From positions 630,391-694,390 of the forward strand of contig WELB01000015.1 of assembly GCA_009602725.1 (NCBI GenBank): a stretch of 64,000 nt of DNA, given 5' to 3'. Below are positions 24,166 to 36,591 of this stretch, piece after piece (within the stretch, counting starts at the first letter, position 1; each line of letters begins with the position of its first letter). A program made the translations under genes and the position numbers. The notes beneath the pieces were generated by a model that saw only the letters and a list, made by a program, of their open reading frames with translations, did no database searches and was not told the DNA's origin. Source of the DNA: Spirogloea muscicola (lineage: Eukaryota).

Positions 24166-24830
24166 AGCGGTTTCTCGCTGAAGGACACGAAATGCCGACG
24201 TGGAATTTCCGACGTGGAATGCCCGGGGCCAACGACCAATGGCGGGGGGAGGGAGGTCGGCGGCCGCGGAGGTGAGGAGTGTACGGCCGGGGGGNNNNNN
24301 NNNNNNNNNNNNNNNNNNNNNNNNNNNNNNNNNNNNNNNNNNNNNNNNNNNNNNNNNNNNNNNNNNNNNNNNNNNNNNNNNNNNNNNNNNNNNNNNNNNN
24401 NNNNNNNNNNNNNNNNNNNNNNNNNNNNNNNNNNNNNNNNNNNNNNNNNNNNNNNNNNNNNNNNNNNNNNNNNNNNNNNNNNNNNNNNNNNNNNNNNNNN
24501 NNNNNNNNNNNNNNNNNNNNNNNNNNNNNNNNNNNNNNNNNNNNNNNNNNNNNNNNNNNNNNNNNNNNNNNNNNNNNNNNNNNNNNNNNNNNNNNNNNNN
24601 NNNNNNNNNNNNNNNNNNNNNNNNNNNNNNNNNNNNNNNNNNNNNNNNNNNNNNNNNNNNNNNNNNNNNNNNNNNNNNNNNNNNNNNNNNNNNNNNNNNN
24701 NNNNNNNNNNNNNNNNNNNNNNNNNNNNNNNNNNNNNNNNNNNNNNNNNNNNNNNNNNNNNNNNNNNNNNNNNNNNNNNNNNNNNNNNNNNNNNNNNNNN
24801 NNNNNNNNNNNNNNNNNNNNNNNNNNNNNN

Positions 24831-24919
24831 CGGCGGCGCACCGCGGAGCAGGGCTCGCCGGGCGCCGCCTCGATGCGCAGCGAGCGGCCGCCCAGCGTGC
24901 GCACGCAGAGCGCCACCAT
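24831..24919 (-). CDS. 5' end of a ubiquitin-like-domain protein, running into the N gap 24295-24830
   Basis: MVALCVRTLGGRSLRIEAAPGEPCSAVRR resembles ubiquitin beta1-beta2 (MQIFVKTLTGKTITLEV). A telomere-like tract lies just upstream (24964-25007). Confidence 0.5.
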
Positions 24920-25723
24920 AAGCGGCCCCGCGCAGCTGCGGCGGCTGCGAGCTCGGGCGCGCGCTAGGGTTAGGGTGTAGGATTGAGGGGGGTTTAGGGT
25001 GAAGGGTTGTAGAGGTGGGCCCATTCTCTCCCTCATCTTCCCTCCCTCCCTCCCTCCCTCCTCTCTCTCTCATCTTGCAGAGGAATGCTTGCGTGAGAGT
25101 ACTCAATCGAATCACATAGATGTAGGAGTTCTGGAGTCCGCTGCATCACTGCCGACAGACAGCCAGTCAGCATCTCTCTGGGCTGGCCACCCCTTTTACC
25201 ACCTCGGAAGTCGTCGTCTATCAATTGGCGCTTCACCCCCCCCCCAGTGCTGTTGGCGGAAAGGACTGAATCAGCGTGCATTAGGAGCTTGCATTAGGCT
25301 GAGAAGCAGCTCGACCAGGTCGACTCCGGTCGACTGCCGGGACACAAGAGTCGTTGAGAACAGCCCTCATTTATATGTGTGGACTTGGGGCAGCCTCCAC
25401 AGTGTGATTCGGGCAGTGGCTGATAAATCAGAGACACGTGTAGCACTGTCGCAGGGCCAGTCTGTCACAGTCATTGTGTGCCCAGACGGGATCCCTGGTC
25501 GCAGATGACAGGAGCTCACCGCAGGAGCCTGAGTCCAGGACTCCTAGATTCAGACATGTCGCAGCTCTCGCCAGAGTTCTCACTCCACAACTGGGATCAG
25601 CTGCCATTCCGATCAGGGACTTACAAACTCAGATTTGTCCACGTCTTTGAGTGACCATATCTTCTTGCCATCGGAAAGATTGGTGATTCTTAACAGCACA
25701 CTCTGTCCTTGGTTGCCCATCAG

Positions 25724-28700
25724 GTCATTGTCGCAGACAACTACTTCACAGGCAGCAAAGACAACCTCAAGCGGTGGATCGGCCACCCAAACTTTGAGCT
25801 TATCCGGCATGGTGAGGAGACATCTCCCATTATGCTAAGTCAGAAGGAAATTGTGCGCAGAGACGACTTTCTCCATTGAAGTCCCTTAACATTTGTCAAG
25901 ACTTGAGTTGATTTGCACGTCAGCCAAGCTGACTCATAGGCTTTCATGACTTTCAATTAGCACAGGCCCTTTCCATCACATTCGCGCTCATTGAAGCAGA
26001 CGCAGATCATCCAACAATCTCCGTTCTGCATAGTCACTCAATGCAATGATCCAAATTGCAGATGTCACGGAGCCCCTCCTCGTAGAGGTTGACCAAATTT
26101 ACCACTTGGCGTGCCCTGCCTCTCCCATCTTCTATAAGCACAACCCTGTCAAGGTACAATCATTCTGCCTCCTCAATCAGTCATCCCTACTTCTCAGAGA
26201 GACCCATGGGGACCTCCCCCTGAGACACGGACATATCTATTTTCCTGGCATGTACGGGGCAATTGAAGTTTGTGCTTGACTTTTAGGCAAAGTTACAGGC
26301 TTGGAAGGTGAGCTTATGGATGTTAGGGGCCATCTAAGGGGTGCAGCACTCTTTTCTCAAAGCTATCCACCGTCTAACCTTGGCTGTTGGCTCTGACTTT
26401 CAGACCATAAAGACCAACGTGATGGGCACTCTCAACATGCTTGGCCTGGCAAAGAGAGTGGGTGCTAGGTGACAAGCAGCTCCATTCCACAGTTACATTC
26501 ATTATCTTCGTAAAACTTCTACCAATTCTCAGCTCCGCACACCATGTCCTGCTCAGTCTGTTGCCTTGTGCCTTCAATCACAGAGTAAGGCGCAAAGCGG
26601 TCAGCCTTGAGTCCTTTTGTAATTAGCCAGCTTCACTTGGCTGCACAGGATTCTTCTGACATCCACCTCTGAGGTTTACGGTGACCCACTCGAGCACCCT
26701 CAGACGGAGGAGTACTGGGGAAACGTCAACCCCATAGGTAATCTCCTCTGCTCCGCACCTTAACTGTTGGGCCTCTGTTGACCTTACAGACTAGTCTTGA
26801 TCCATAGCATAGAAGGGCACCGCCCCACTGAAGTGGCGTACTTGACAAGACAGGTGTGCGCAGCTGCTACGACGAGGGGAAGAGGGTTGCTGAGACACTT
26901 ATGTTCGACTACCACCGACAGCACGGCATTGGTAGGTTGTTGGTCTAACCCCTGTTTATTTGCTACTCTCTTTGTAGTGCTCTGTAGCTGCACGCAGTGA
27001 GTAAATAGTCAGCTTGCTCCATAATATATATACTGTGCTCTGTCAACTGCATGCTTAACTTTCGGCTACTTGAATTAAGTCTGCTTGAGTGGCTGGGAAG
27101 GAGAGGTTGAGAGGTTGCCAATAATCTCCGCTTTTATTGTCCTCTCTATAAATTGGCCATGCACTCTAGATATTGCTCGGTGTTGTAGAGGAGGTGATAT
27201 CCCTATTAGCTCCTGACAAGGAAAAAAATTTGATGCCCATCAGAGATCAGGGTTGCTCGCATCTTCAACACCTACGGCCCTCGGATGAATATTGACGACG
27301 GCCGCGTTGTCAGCAACTTCATTGCGCAGGCACTAAGGTGAGAGGCATGGTGACTCGAGCAAGCAGCCTGTCAGCTCAGCAATAGCGCATAGCCACCGAG
27401 GTGGTTGCTTGCTCGGTGATCGTTTATCCAGGGCTGGTAGACAAGTAATCTGTAATTACTCAATCTCCTCCAAGCAGACAAGCAAAGTTGTCAAAGACCT
27501 TGTGCTTAGACCCTTATTAAAGTATAGCTACTCAGGGTTGTCATTGAGAGGGATCCAGCAGTGACTTGATGGGAAGCACCTTGATTCGTGTTTCACTTCA
27601 GAGGCGAAGAGTTGACAATTCAGGCACCTGGGACACAGACACGCAGCTTCTGCTACGTGTCAGACATGGTGGGCAGCATCCCCTAACTTGACAGATCAAT
27701 ATCTCTTACTGTGCGTGTCACTCAGCTCAATCTAGTTGCCTTTCTCCTCCACAATCTCAAGTGAAGTTGGTGGGAACACCCCATCTGCCATACTTTTTGG
27801 TGACGCACCCGCATGTCCTCGTAGGTTGACGGACTCATGAAGCTCATGAGGGGTGATCACACCGGCCCAATCAACATTGGAAATCCAGGTCTGTCCTCAA
27901 AGTCATGCCCACCATGCAGACTGGTGTTTGACCATAAGCAAGCAGGAATTGAAATGGGGGACAATAGGGAATGGCGAGAAAGCAATTCATAGAGCAGGCA
28001 TACTGCAGTCAAGACGGGACCAGAATTGTGGGTCAGTCTGCACCATTTAGTTCTTTCATCTATGCTCATGAACCTCCTCCACATTACAATTGCTCCTGCC
28101 TCCAGGTGAGTTCACGATGCTGGAGCTGGCGGAAGCTGTCAAGGATGTGAGTAATCTGCGGCCAACTATCAGAGCTTCCAAAGCCTTTCCTTTTATTGAA
28201 TTCCAAAGCCAAGGGAAAATGCAGGGAAAGTTTGTGCCGTAAAGCATTTCATGGCCAAATGCGTGGCAAAGGTCTGCATGCAAGTTTGAGGTCTCCTTTT
28301 AATGTCAAGCATCGTTGAATCTTGAGACCTTGACTCGGCGTGCATGGACCTCAAGTAAAGTTGCAACAAAAAACTCTCGATGTGTGCAGCTGGTCAAGTC
28401 TGATGCTGTCTTCAAGACCGTGGAAAACACTCCTGATGACCCCCGGAAGCGAAAGCCCGACATCACAAAGGCGAAGAAGTTATTGGGCTGGGAGCCTAAG
28501 GTATGGACTTGATACTGCCCAAAAGGCTTGATCATTTATAACTTGGCCATAATCAAATATATTTTGACCTGTAGCTGTGTTTATGTAGATCATTAATGTG
28601 GAAAGAGAAAGTGTGCATGTTACTTGTGCTTGAATATAGAATTGCCAAGCGCTTGAGATTGGCTCTGTGCATCTTCTGATGCCGCCCTGTGGAACTTCAT

Positions 28701-28781
28701 TGCCAACAGGTCACATTGCGGGAGGGACTTCCCCTGATGGCCGAGGACTTCAGGTCACGGCTCGAGGTGTCTGGGAAGTAG
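25724..28781 (+). CDS. UXS: UDP-glucuronic acid decarboxylase (UDP-xylose synthase); N-terminal exon(s) not found
   Basis: Exons 25724-25811, 26062-26153, 26404-26468, 26649-26737, 26854-26931, 27244-27337, 27602-27668, 27825-27888, 28106-28146, 28390-28500, 28710-28781. Motifs: [61 protein letters not shown]. Confidence 0.95.
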
Positions 28782-29390
28782 GCCAGGTGTAGCACAGGTA
28801 CCAGCTGCTCGACTGAGCGCACGTTGTAGACTAGGTAACTTTGTTAGAGATTCTGCTGGCCAAGGGCCTGTGCTTGGGCGCTGAGGTCCGAGCAGGCAGA
28901 GCGCCACCATCTGCAGGCTGTGCACTGCTACCAGTGGCCACAATTCTTTGGGTGAGAGCGCGACAAAGCCTGCAGGCAGGGGCTTGGGCTCAGGCACCAT
29001 GTGTGCAGGTGACGATCTTGACCGAGTTGTGAAGGTTGCCGGCGTTCCGGGTTGGATGTCACTTTGGATTTCGACGATGCTGCGCTTCTTATTGTGAAGC
29101 CCTGAACAAGCCATTAGTGAAGCCACCCTCTTCATACTCTTCACGTTTCTATTCCCCATGGTAGCCGCAAAGCTTTTACGGGTTTGCATGTACACCACTT
29201 CGTTGCCAGTTCTGTGCAATGGCGAGCTCACAACCAATCCTGCATCTGCCATATCCAAATTCCCTGCCACACTCTTTCTGAAATCTCGCCATGTGTAGCA
29301 AGCCCTGTCCCGCCTTCCACGGCCTGACTTGTGGACAGGCTCGTCCCAAGCACAAGCCAGGTCTTGTAGGAACTGTTGGTGGTTGCACAG

Positions 29391-31283
29391 TCATGTGTGA
29401 AGCCAGGCAACGGTGTGTGGCTCCCAGAGGTGGAGCGCACGGTCGTAGAATGAACTCGTTGCGATGAGGCAGCTTGCCTTGGCTGGGACCGGTTGCTCGT
29501 CACTAGCAGGGACTTGTGGGGCCTCTGGTAACAGTCCTTGGTACCAGTCAGCACCGTATGCGAGTGACTTGTGCTCTGTGTAGGTCTCAGTGACCGTCCC
29601 GTCGCGCAGGACTGCAAAGCCCGCATGCATGCCGCGACAAGGAGCAGCGACGTGTCCCTCGGGTGCCACCGGAGCCGCCATGCGCCGCCGCCGAGCGCCG
29701 TGGACTGCACCAGCGTCGGTGCTGATGGCCGCCTGACGTCGAAGTAGCGCACCGCCTCGTCGTAGCTGCCAGTGGCCACGACGTGCTCACGCAGTGGGCT
29801 GCTGCGTATGCTGCCACAGCAGGTTCGTCGTCCACCGCAAGCATTGCCTGCTGTCAGCAGCTGCGCCTCATGTCTATCGCCCAGCCCTGACACTCAACGC
29901 TGCCCTGGATAACACGTAGACCTTCTAAACCCATAGCATCTGGAGATAAGTGTACTGTGCCCAGTTGCTCAGGTTGCTCTTTAAAGTGGATTACAGGCCG
30001 TGATGCAATGCCCATAATGAACTCCATCAGTAAGTGCTGCAAAGCTTGGGTGGAGGGCAATTACCTGCAGACTCCAGCGGAGTGAGAGGTGGCATCAAGG
30101 AAGGCTGGGCGGCTGGTGGGCGCGCGCAGGTCCCACGCGCAGAAGGAGCAGTCGTCGGAGCCGCTGCGCATGTCAACGCTTCAGAGCCTGTTCCAGCTGA
30201 CGACTTTGCTGGCGCAAAGTGGGCTGTCGCATCTTGAGATGATAACTCTGGTCAGAACAAGGCAATTGCTGCAGGAGCGGGCTCCGTGCTTCTCACGGAA
30301 TCTCATGTGTGAGCCATAGTTGTCTTAATATTTATCTAATGATCTTCAAGACTTGTTCTTATACACAATCGAATGTTCCTAATTACACACTCAGGACTAC
30401 AGGACTTATTAAAGGGTCCTCAGACCTCACCTGTACAAGACTTGAGGAGACCAGAGGTCGTGGGCGGCAGCCCAAACCTCGTGGCGGTGCGCCGCCCACG
30501 ACCGGTGCGCAGTCGGGCTGCCGCAGCCAACGTCAGCGACGAGGCACAGCGAGCCATCTGCGAGGCCGAGCGCGATACCGCCGCCGCGGGCTGGCTGCCA
30601 GTCCACGCAGAGGCAGATGCCGCTCGAGACCGCTAGGCAACTGTCTGGCACCAGTGCCAGTGGCGCCTCCGCAGCCTCGCCCGCTAGGTGGTAGAGGGTG
30701 AGGCAGCCGTCGGCGCCGGCCTGCGCCAGCAGCGGGCGGCCGTCGCCGGCTGCTGCAGGGCGCCATGCTAGGTCCAGGACGCCGGCTGTCTCCGCGTGGT
30801 GTGCCTGCGACGGCGGCAGAGGCTCAGGCCTAAGCTGCGTCAGCCAAGCAATGCGACTCACTACTTTTGCCATGTTCTGACGACACTAACGATTGGTAGT
30901 AACGGTTATATATGAGGAGGATCGAGGACTTGCAAGCTCCAGGAAATTCGCATGCGTGCCTGCTAAGCTTGTATGATCTGCCCTACCTGGCAGAACCATT
31001 AAGTCATCGAGAACTTAGATGGGTTATGGCAAGGAGGGAAAGGCAGGAGGAGGATGCGATACAGCCACAAAGGCTCAGTCAGGCAGACCTGGGCGAGCTT
31101 GCGGCTGCCGGGAGAGAGCTGGAAGACGTGAACGCCGCCGCGCCGCTGCTGGGGCCCGTCGCCGCCCGCCGCCTCCTCCAGCGTGTACGTCCCGGCCGCC
31201 AGCAGTTGCTCGCAGCCCGGAGTCGGGCAGAACTCGACGCAGTCCGCATTGCCCGGCAGCACGTGGACGTCAGCGGCGCGCAT
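29391..31283 (-). CDS. DPH7: Diphthine methylesterase DPH7/WDR85 (WD40), with an apparent 1-nt frameshift near 29632
   Basis: Exons 31283-31089, 30804-30431, 30163-30065, 29810-29391. Motifs: ADCVEFCP..LAAGTYTL, HRHEVW, SGSDD..WDLR, TGSYDE, GGGAWRLRWHP, then in the shifted frame MHAGF..HKSLAYGADW..SSFYD. Confidence 0.9.
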
Positions 31284-31296
31284 CTGCAGACCCCTG

Positions 31297-31383
31297 CCTA
31301 AACCCCTAAACCCCTAAACCCCTAATCAGAACCTAAACCCCTAACACCTAAATTTCAACCCTAAAGCCTAAACCCTGAACCCT
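31297..31383. repeat. Degenerate telomere-like tract just upstream of the DPH7 ATG
   Basis: cctaaacccctaaacccctaaacccctaa...aaccctgaaccct. Confidence 0.85.
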
Positions 31384-31589
31384 GCTGGCCGACTGGCAGG
31401 CCAGAAGGCCAAGGCCACCACGGCCGCGACCCTTCGCCGCCACAAGCTGGAGTCGAGGCTTTGCGCATTCACCCCTAGGCAGACATTTGTTCTACAACTG
31501 GGCCCATGAGTTCTGCCTGAGACTCGAGCGCCGCCAAGCCCTGGTCACTGCGACGTCCTACTGCGTGCTGGTCGTGCCCTGGCTAATGC

Positions 31590-32640
31590 CTCGGGGGACT
31601 GCAGCCATTGCCTTACTTTGTAGAAGCTATTCCTTTTCACTTATTCGGCCACCTGTCCCTTCCTATTGTGAATGGACATTTGCCTTACTTCAGAATAGCT
31701 GTATCTCTTTGGCTGGCCTCTTTCTCTCTTCTTTGAGCCATCGCCTTACTTTGGGAGTGCTGCTTTCCCATGGGCAAGGGCCTTCCACAGCCTTTCACAG
31801 CCCTCGCCCCCTTTGGGAGAGCACTTTGTGCTGGCCTCACACAGCCATTGCTGTCGATTTGGAAGACCTTTTCTCTCTGCAGCATCTGGCTGTAGACAGG
31901 GGACCAGGTACACGAAGACTAGTTCCTCTGATCTGCGGCTGATCATTAGGGGATATCGATCACCCAGTGGCCACTTGAGTGACTGTGCGCTTCAGCACTC
32001 TTGCCCCTTCGAATGTGTTCTTCTTCTTAGCTGGCCAATCACAGCATCGCCCTCTACTGGAAGGTCTACATTCTTGGTGAAAGGCTAGCCCGAAAAGCAG
32101 TTTCCTTGCCAATATCCAGAAGCGGCAACTGGGAAGTATTGTCTTCATCTATCTGGCTCGTCCCCTTTGGGAGGACTGAATCTTCTTCTATCACCCGTTT
32201 AAATAACTGGTGGGTACTGGTATCCCCCTTCAACATGCTTTTGCACAGTCATCAGTAAATCCTTGACATAGGGCGTCGCTTTGTGTGGCCCCGTTCTTTG
32301 CACTAAGTTTTGCACGAACAGAGTATTGGCTTCCTATAGCCTCCTTTCCATGTCATGCGCACCACGTACTTTCTCTTGCTTCCCGGCCCCACCGGACGTC
32401 GTTCCATCTTTCCTGGGCTGGCCTTCCACAGCTACCGCCCTGCTTCGAGAAGACCTCCCCCTCTCCCCAGCTGCAAATGGGAGCCACTTGCGGCTGCTAA
32501 GTAGAGGTTGCTGAGTGGCCATTCTTAAGGATTGCTATTGTCCCTGCGTGGCAATCACTTTCCAACTCGTCTGGGCCTTGTCTTTCTTATGTAGGCTGGC
32601 CCTTCACAGCCCATGCCCTGTTTGGAAAAGTTTCGTCTTT
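31590..32640 (+). mobile_element. Cluster of old CRE-like 3' ends
   Basis: SSSDLRLIIRGY at 31921-31956, SHLRLLSRGC* at 32482-32514, and several gctggcc..cacagcc hairpins. Confidence 0.6.
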
Positions 32641-33080
32641 ACTTATACAGGCACCAAATTATGGGCAATTTCCTGCTGTCTCTTTACTTCCCTCCCCACC
32701 TCTTTCACCACAATGCTGGGCAGGAACAACTTCAAGTAAGAACAACAGTTTGACAAAGTTTGAGCCAACGTGCCTCCCTTTCTCCTCAATCAACCCCCCA
32801 GCATCAATCCTTTGACACTTCATCGTTTCGAAACGTCAGTATATTAGCCAAGAAGAGGAGCACATGTGTGCTCAGGTGGCACTACTTAGCCAGCAGCACT
32901 CACCCCTACATGTTGCACGCCATGAGCTTCAGATCACATCTGTGACAGATAGTCATGTGAATAAAGGCAAGCAACCTAGACAGAAGCTGGCAAGGGAAAC
33001 CTTGCCAGCATTTGAAGTCAGCTCCATCGCCTACAAGCCGCCTGGCTGTGAAGGACCTGTAGCTGCACTTGAAGGACCTG

Positions 33081-35943
33081 CTAGCTGGCGCCTGCTGATA
33101 TCTGTGTGAGAATGAACTCCAGCGTGGCATCCCTCTGCAGCAATGCGATTCATAAGTTGAGCCACACGTCTATATCATAATCATGAAACCTGGGAAACCC
33201 CTGAATATGAAACAGACACTGACGCCACGACACCAGCAGTCAAGCGTCCTGGCAGCACTGAGTGCCAAATTGCCCTGAGGGGGCTTAGGCCAGAGTAACT
33301 AGCGTCTGCTGTGGACCTCCAGAAGTTCAAGATTTTTAGAAAAGTACCTTTGCCTTCAGAGCTTCGTCGTCCGGAGCAAGCTCCTGAGCCACGCTCGCAG
33401 CCTCGCGGAAGTGCTTGGCGGCCACCTGCTCCTCGCCCAGTGCGCGGTCCACATCGGCGACCTTTGCTAGCGAAACCGCTACATCCAGCACCTGCAGCCT
33501 TGACACCACATGCGTGACTTGCTGCACCTCAGAGCAAGTTGCCATTGCCGTCTTTGACGAGACTGGCTGCTTGACTCTTCAGGGGTGCGTGGGCAAGACC
33601 TGATTGAGCACCTGAGAGTCGGCAGACAAACACTCAAGGGCCTCTTGCCGGACGCGGAGAGCCTGCTCGTAGTATCCCCTGCAGGCGGCCAGATCGCCCG
33701 CGTGATACCGCAAGTCGCCCAGCTTGTTCAGCGACACCGAGAGCGTATGAGCAACCTGCACAATAAGCAGAAGAGGAACTTCAACAATTCATACTGCCGC
33801 TTATGTAGTAGTAGTAATACCTTTAATGTGCAACACAACCAAGAGGTTTAGTGAATTGACAAAGTAGCTGATGGATTGGCTGAGAGGCTCACTTCCTTGT
33901 CTTTACTGTCGAGCCCGACTAGCACGTTTACTGCCTCCTGATAATGCTCGGCCGCACTATCCATCTCGCCAGTTATCCGGCTGCAGAAAGACACAGCAAT
34001 GAGTGATAACTTCAACCAAAGCGGCCACAAGTAGGACAATTCTGCACATTACGGCAATGTATCCAGCAACTGACCGTCCAATACAATTCCCCTTCAATTC
34101 CCCTTCTGTGCGTGGCCAGGACTTGCACAGAAGCAGGACAAGCTTGCAGAGTCTGTGTGCATATTGTTACTTCCAAGGAAGGCCAAGAAAGCACAGAAAC
34201 CAAGGGCTTTGCAAGATGTACTGAGGGACGTGAAGGGCGAAAGACGAAGAGTGTGCACATGTAAATAGGCATGCAGCGCACCAGCAGTCACCAAGCGAAC
34301 CCAGGACAGCGCCTAGCTGGCAGCTCAGGGTCAACCGGTCATCAGGATGCTGCGTCGCCGTAGCCGCCAGCTCTGCCTGCAGGTCAGTCACACACAGCTC
34401 CAGCCGACTCCTCGCGCTGTCGAAGTTCTGGGCCTGAAAGGCCTGCAGATGTTATGCAGCCACAGCTCAGATGACAATAACTCAACCAATTCACTACCAC
34501 TAGTTACCCATTGAAATTGTCTGAGAGAGATGCCTTTCTGCAATGTCCAGCAGCGGCAGACAGGCAAGAAGGAGGATGGCCTTGCTCAGTCACCCGCATT
34601 GCCTGCTGCAACAGTAAGCTCCCACGCTCAAGCGCGGCGTCCTTGTCCAACTTCCGCGTCTCACTTTCTGCAGCATCCAGGCTTCGACATATCAGCAGGA
34701 GTTGCAATGATTCACTAATGTTACTATTGGCTGTCCCACTCAAACTCCCTTAGACTCTGCGGATACCTCCTCTTCACTTGTAGCCCTCTGCACAGGCTCA
34801 ACTCCACATATGTGTATATGAAGCTATCCCTTAGCCGTCGCCAGCTGCCTTCATCTACAAGCTTCCGAATGCAGCCAATATGGCTTTCTCTTGTAGCACC
34901 GGTGGTTCTCAACGGCCCGGTAATGTCAGCGAAGGGGCAGTTCTGTTGAAGGGCCAACTCATTTTCTGATGCTCATCATTAGCCAGTCACCACTTTTTAC
35001 CCGTACTGTATCTTCCAAGACATGCCACAGTTGTCCAGATAGTTGATACGTTCTGAAGACAATCAAGCACTACATATGACATAAGGTGCCCTTAAATGGC
35101 CCTCAGCGACTTGGCGGTAAGCGATGAGGTCCAACCTGACGCAAGCTCGCCAGCAGCGGCGGTCGACCGCTGCCTCCGAGCGTGGCCGGCGATATACTTG
35201 TCCACCATCGCCTGCATCTCGTTGTCCGGCTCGAGGCCGTCAATGTCTGCCCCGCACAAGGGGCAGTCTCGGAACGAGGCCAGGCAGCCCCTGCAAAGAC
35301 CACACACATCAGCGCCTAGTCTCGGTCAAATTACCATCACAAAGAGTGGTCCACAGCGGTGATTGCCTGAAGCTGATAGATTAAGCACAAACGTGTGGGA
35401 TTGCACTAGTATATTGGTAGCACGCCGGACTTCCAAGACAGAAGCCACAAGCCGCGCTGTGGCGCCGCCTTCTTACACTGTCTGATTGACAGCGAGATAC
35501 ATAGAGCCGCTTCTAATCTGAACACACAGACTGTCGCTGCCACTGAGGGACTTTGAGGACCTATACGAGATCAATGCGTAGTCCCCAAGCTGGATTGCCT
35601 GTTGGATTGTCAACATGTAGCCGTGCCATGGCCATCGATCGCCACTACTGCCGCTTTGCACAACACTCAGACTGCGGCTGTTAAGTGTTGGCTCGGCGAG
35701 GCGGGAAGGCTGGGCCAGGACCTGCAGAATATGTGGCGGCAGGGGCGGCAGCGGCAGGCGTCGAACAGCAGCGCCTTGCAGTGCGCGCAGCTGAGCGGGC
35801 CAATTCGGAAGGAGGCAGAGCTGTAGCCGAGCGGGCAGCGCGCCACGCCGCCCCCGCCACCGCCGCCGCCGGAATCGTCGCGCTCGGCGGCCATCTGCAG
35901 CGCCCCGAGCTCGGCCTCGAGGCCGCTGACGGCGGCGGCGGCG
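33081..35943 (-). CDS. NCA1: NCA1 (RING + TPR catalase chaperone); 5' end in the N gap 35944-36329
   Basis: Exons <35943-35722, 35290-35136, 34667-34594, 34442-34282, 33980-33893, 33755-33612, 33491-33348, 33134-33081. Motifs: CPLGY..FRIGPLSC..C..C.H.FC..C..DCPLCGADI, ERGSLLLQQAMRAF, QLGAVLGSLGDC, HTLSVSLNKLGDL, LDVAVSLAKVADVDR. Confidence 0.92.
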
Positions 35944-36591
35944 NNNNNNNNNNNNNNNNNNNNNNNNNNNNNNNNNNNNNNNNNNNNNNNNNNNNNNNNN
36001 NNNNNNNNNNNNNNNNNNNNNNNNNNNNNNNNNNNNNNNNNNNNNNNNNNNNNNNNNNNNNNNNNNNNNNNNNNNNNNNNNNNNNNNNNNNNNNNNNNNN
36101 NNNNNNNNNNNNNNNNNNNNNNNNNNNNNNNNNNNNNNNNNNNNNNNNNNNNNNNNNNNNNNNNNNNNNNNNNNNNNNNNNNNNNNNNNNNNNNNNNNNN
36201 NNNNNNNNNNNNNNNNNNNNNNNNNNNNNNNNNNNNNNNNNNNNNNNNNNNNNNNNNNNNNNNNNNNNNNNNNNNNNNNNNNNNNNNNNNNNNNNNNNNN
36301 NNNNNNNNNNNNNNNNNNNNNNNNNNNNNGGCGGCGCCTCTGGCACGACGGCGGCGGGGCTCGCGCTGGCGGCGGGGCAGCACTCAGTCGCCGCCCGTCG
36401 CAGCGACTGCCGAAGGCAGCTGATCGGCGGCGGCGCCCTCAGACGCCGCTGCCGCCGCTGCCGCAGCCGCCGCCGCCGCCGCGCGCCTTGCTCGGAGCGA
36501 GATCGAGGGACAGAGTCCAGAGGCCGGGGAGCGCCGCCATGGCGACGGGTCCGCGGCCCCCCGCCGGCGGCGGAAGCGCGAGCAGGGGCCG

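Noticed and set aside
24043..25115. Long ORFs crossing N gaps (also 35667-37001 and 59670-60879) and the ER/LS-repeat ORFs at 5245-5785
   Set aside because: Artefacts of unknown bases and of the (CT)n microsatellite.
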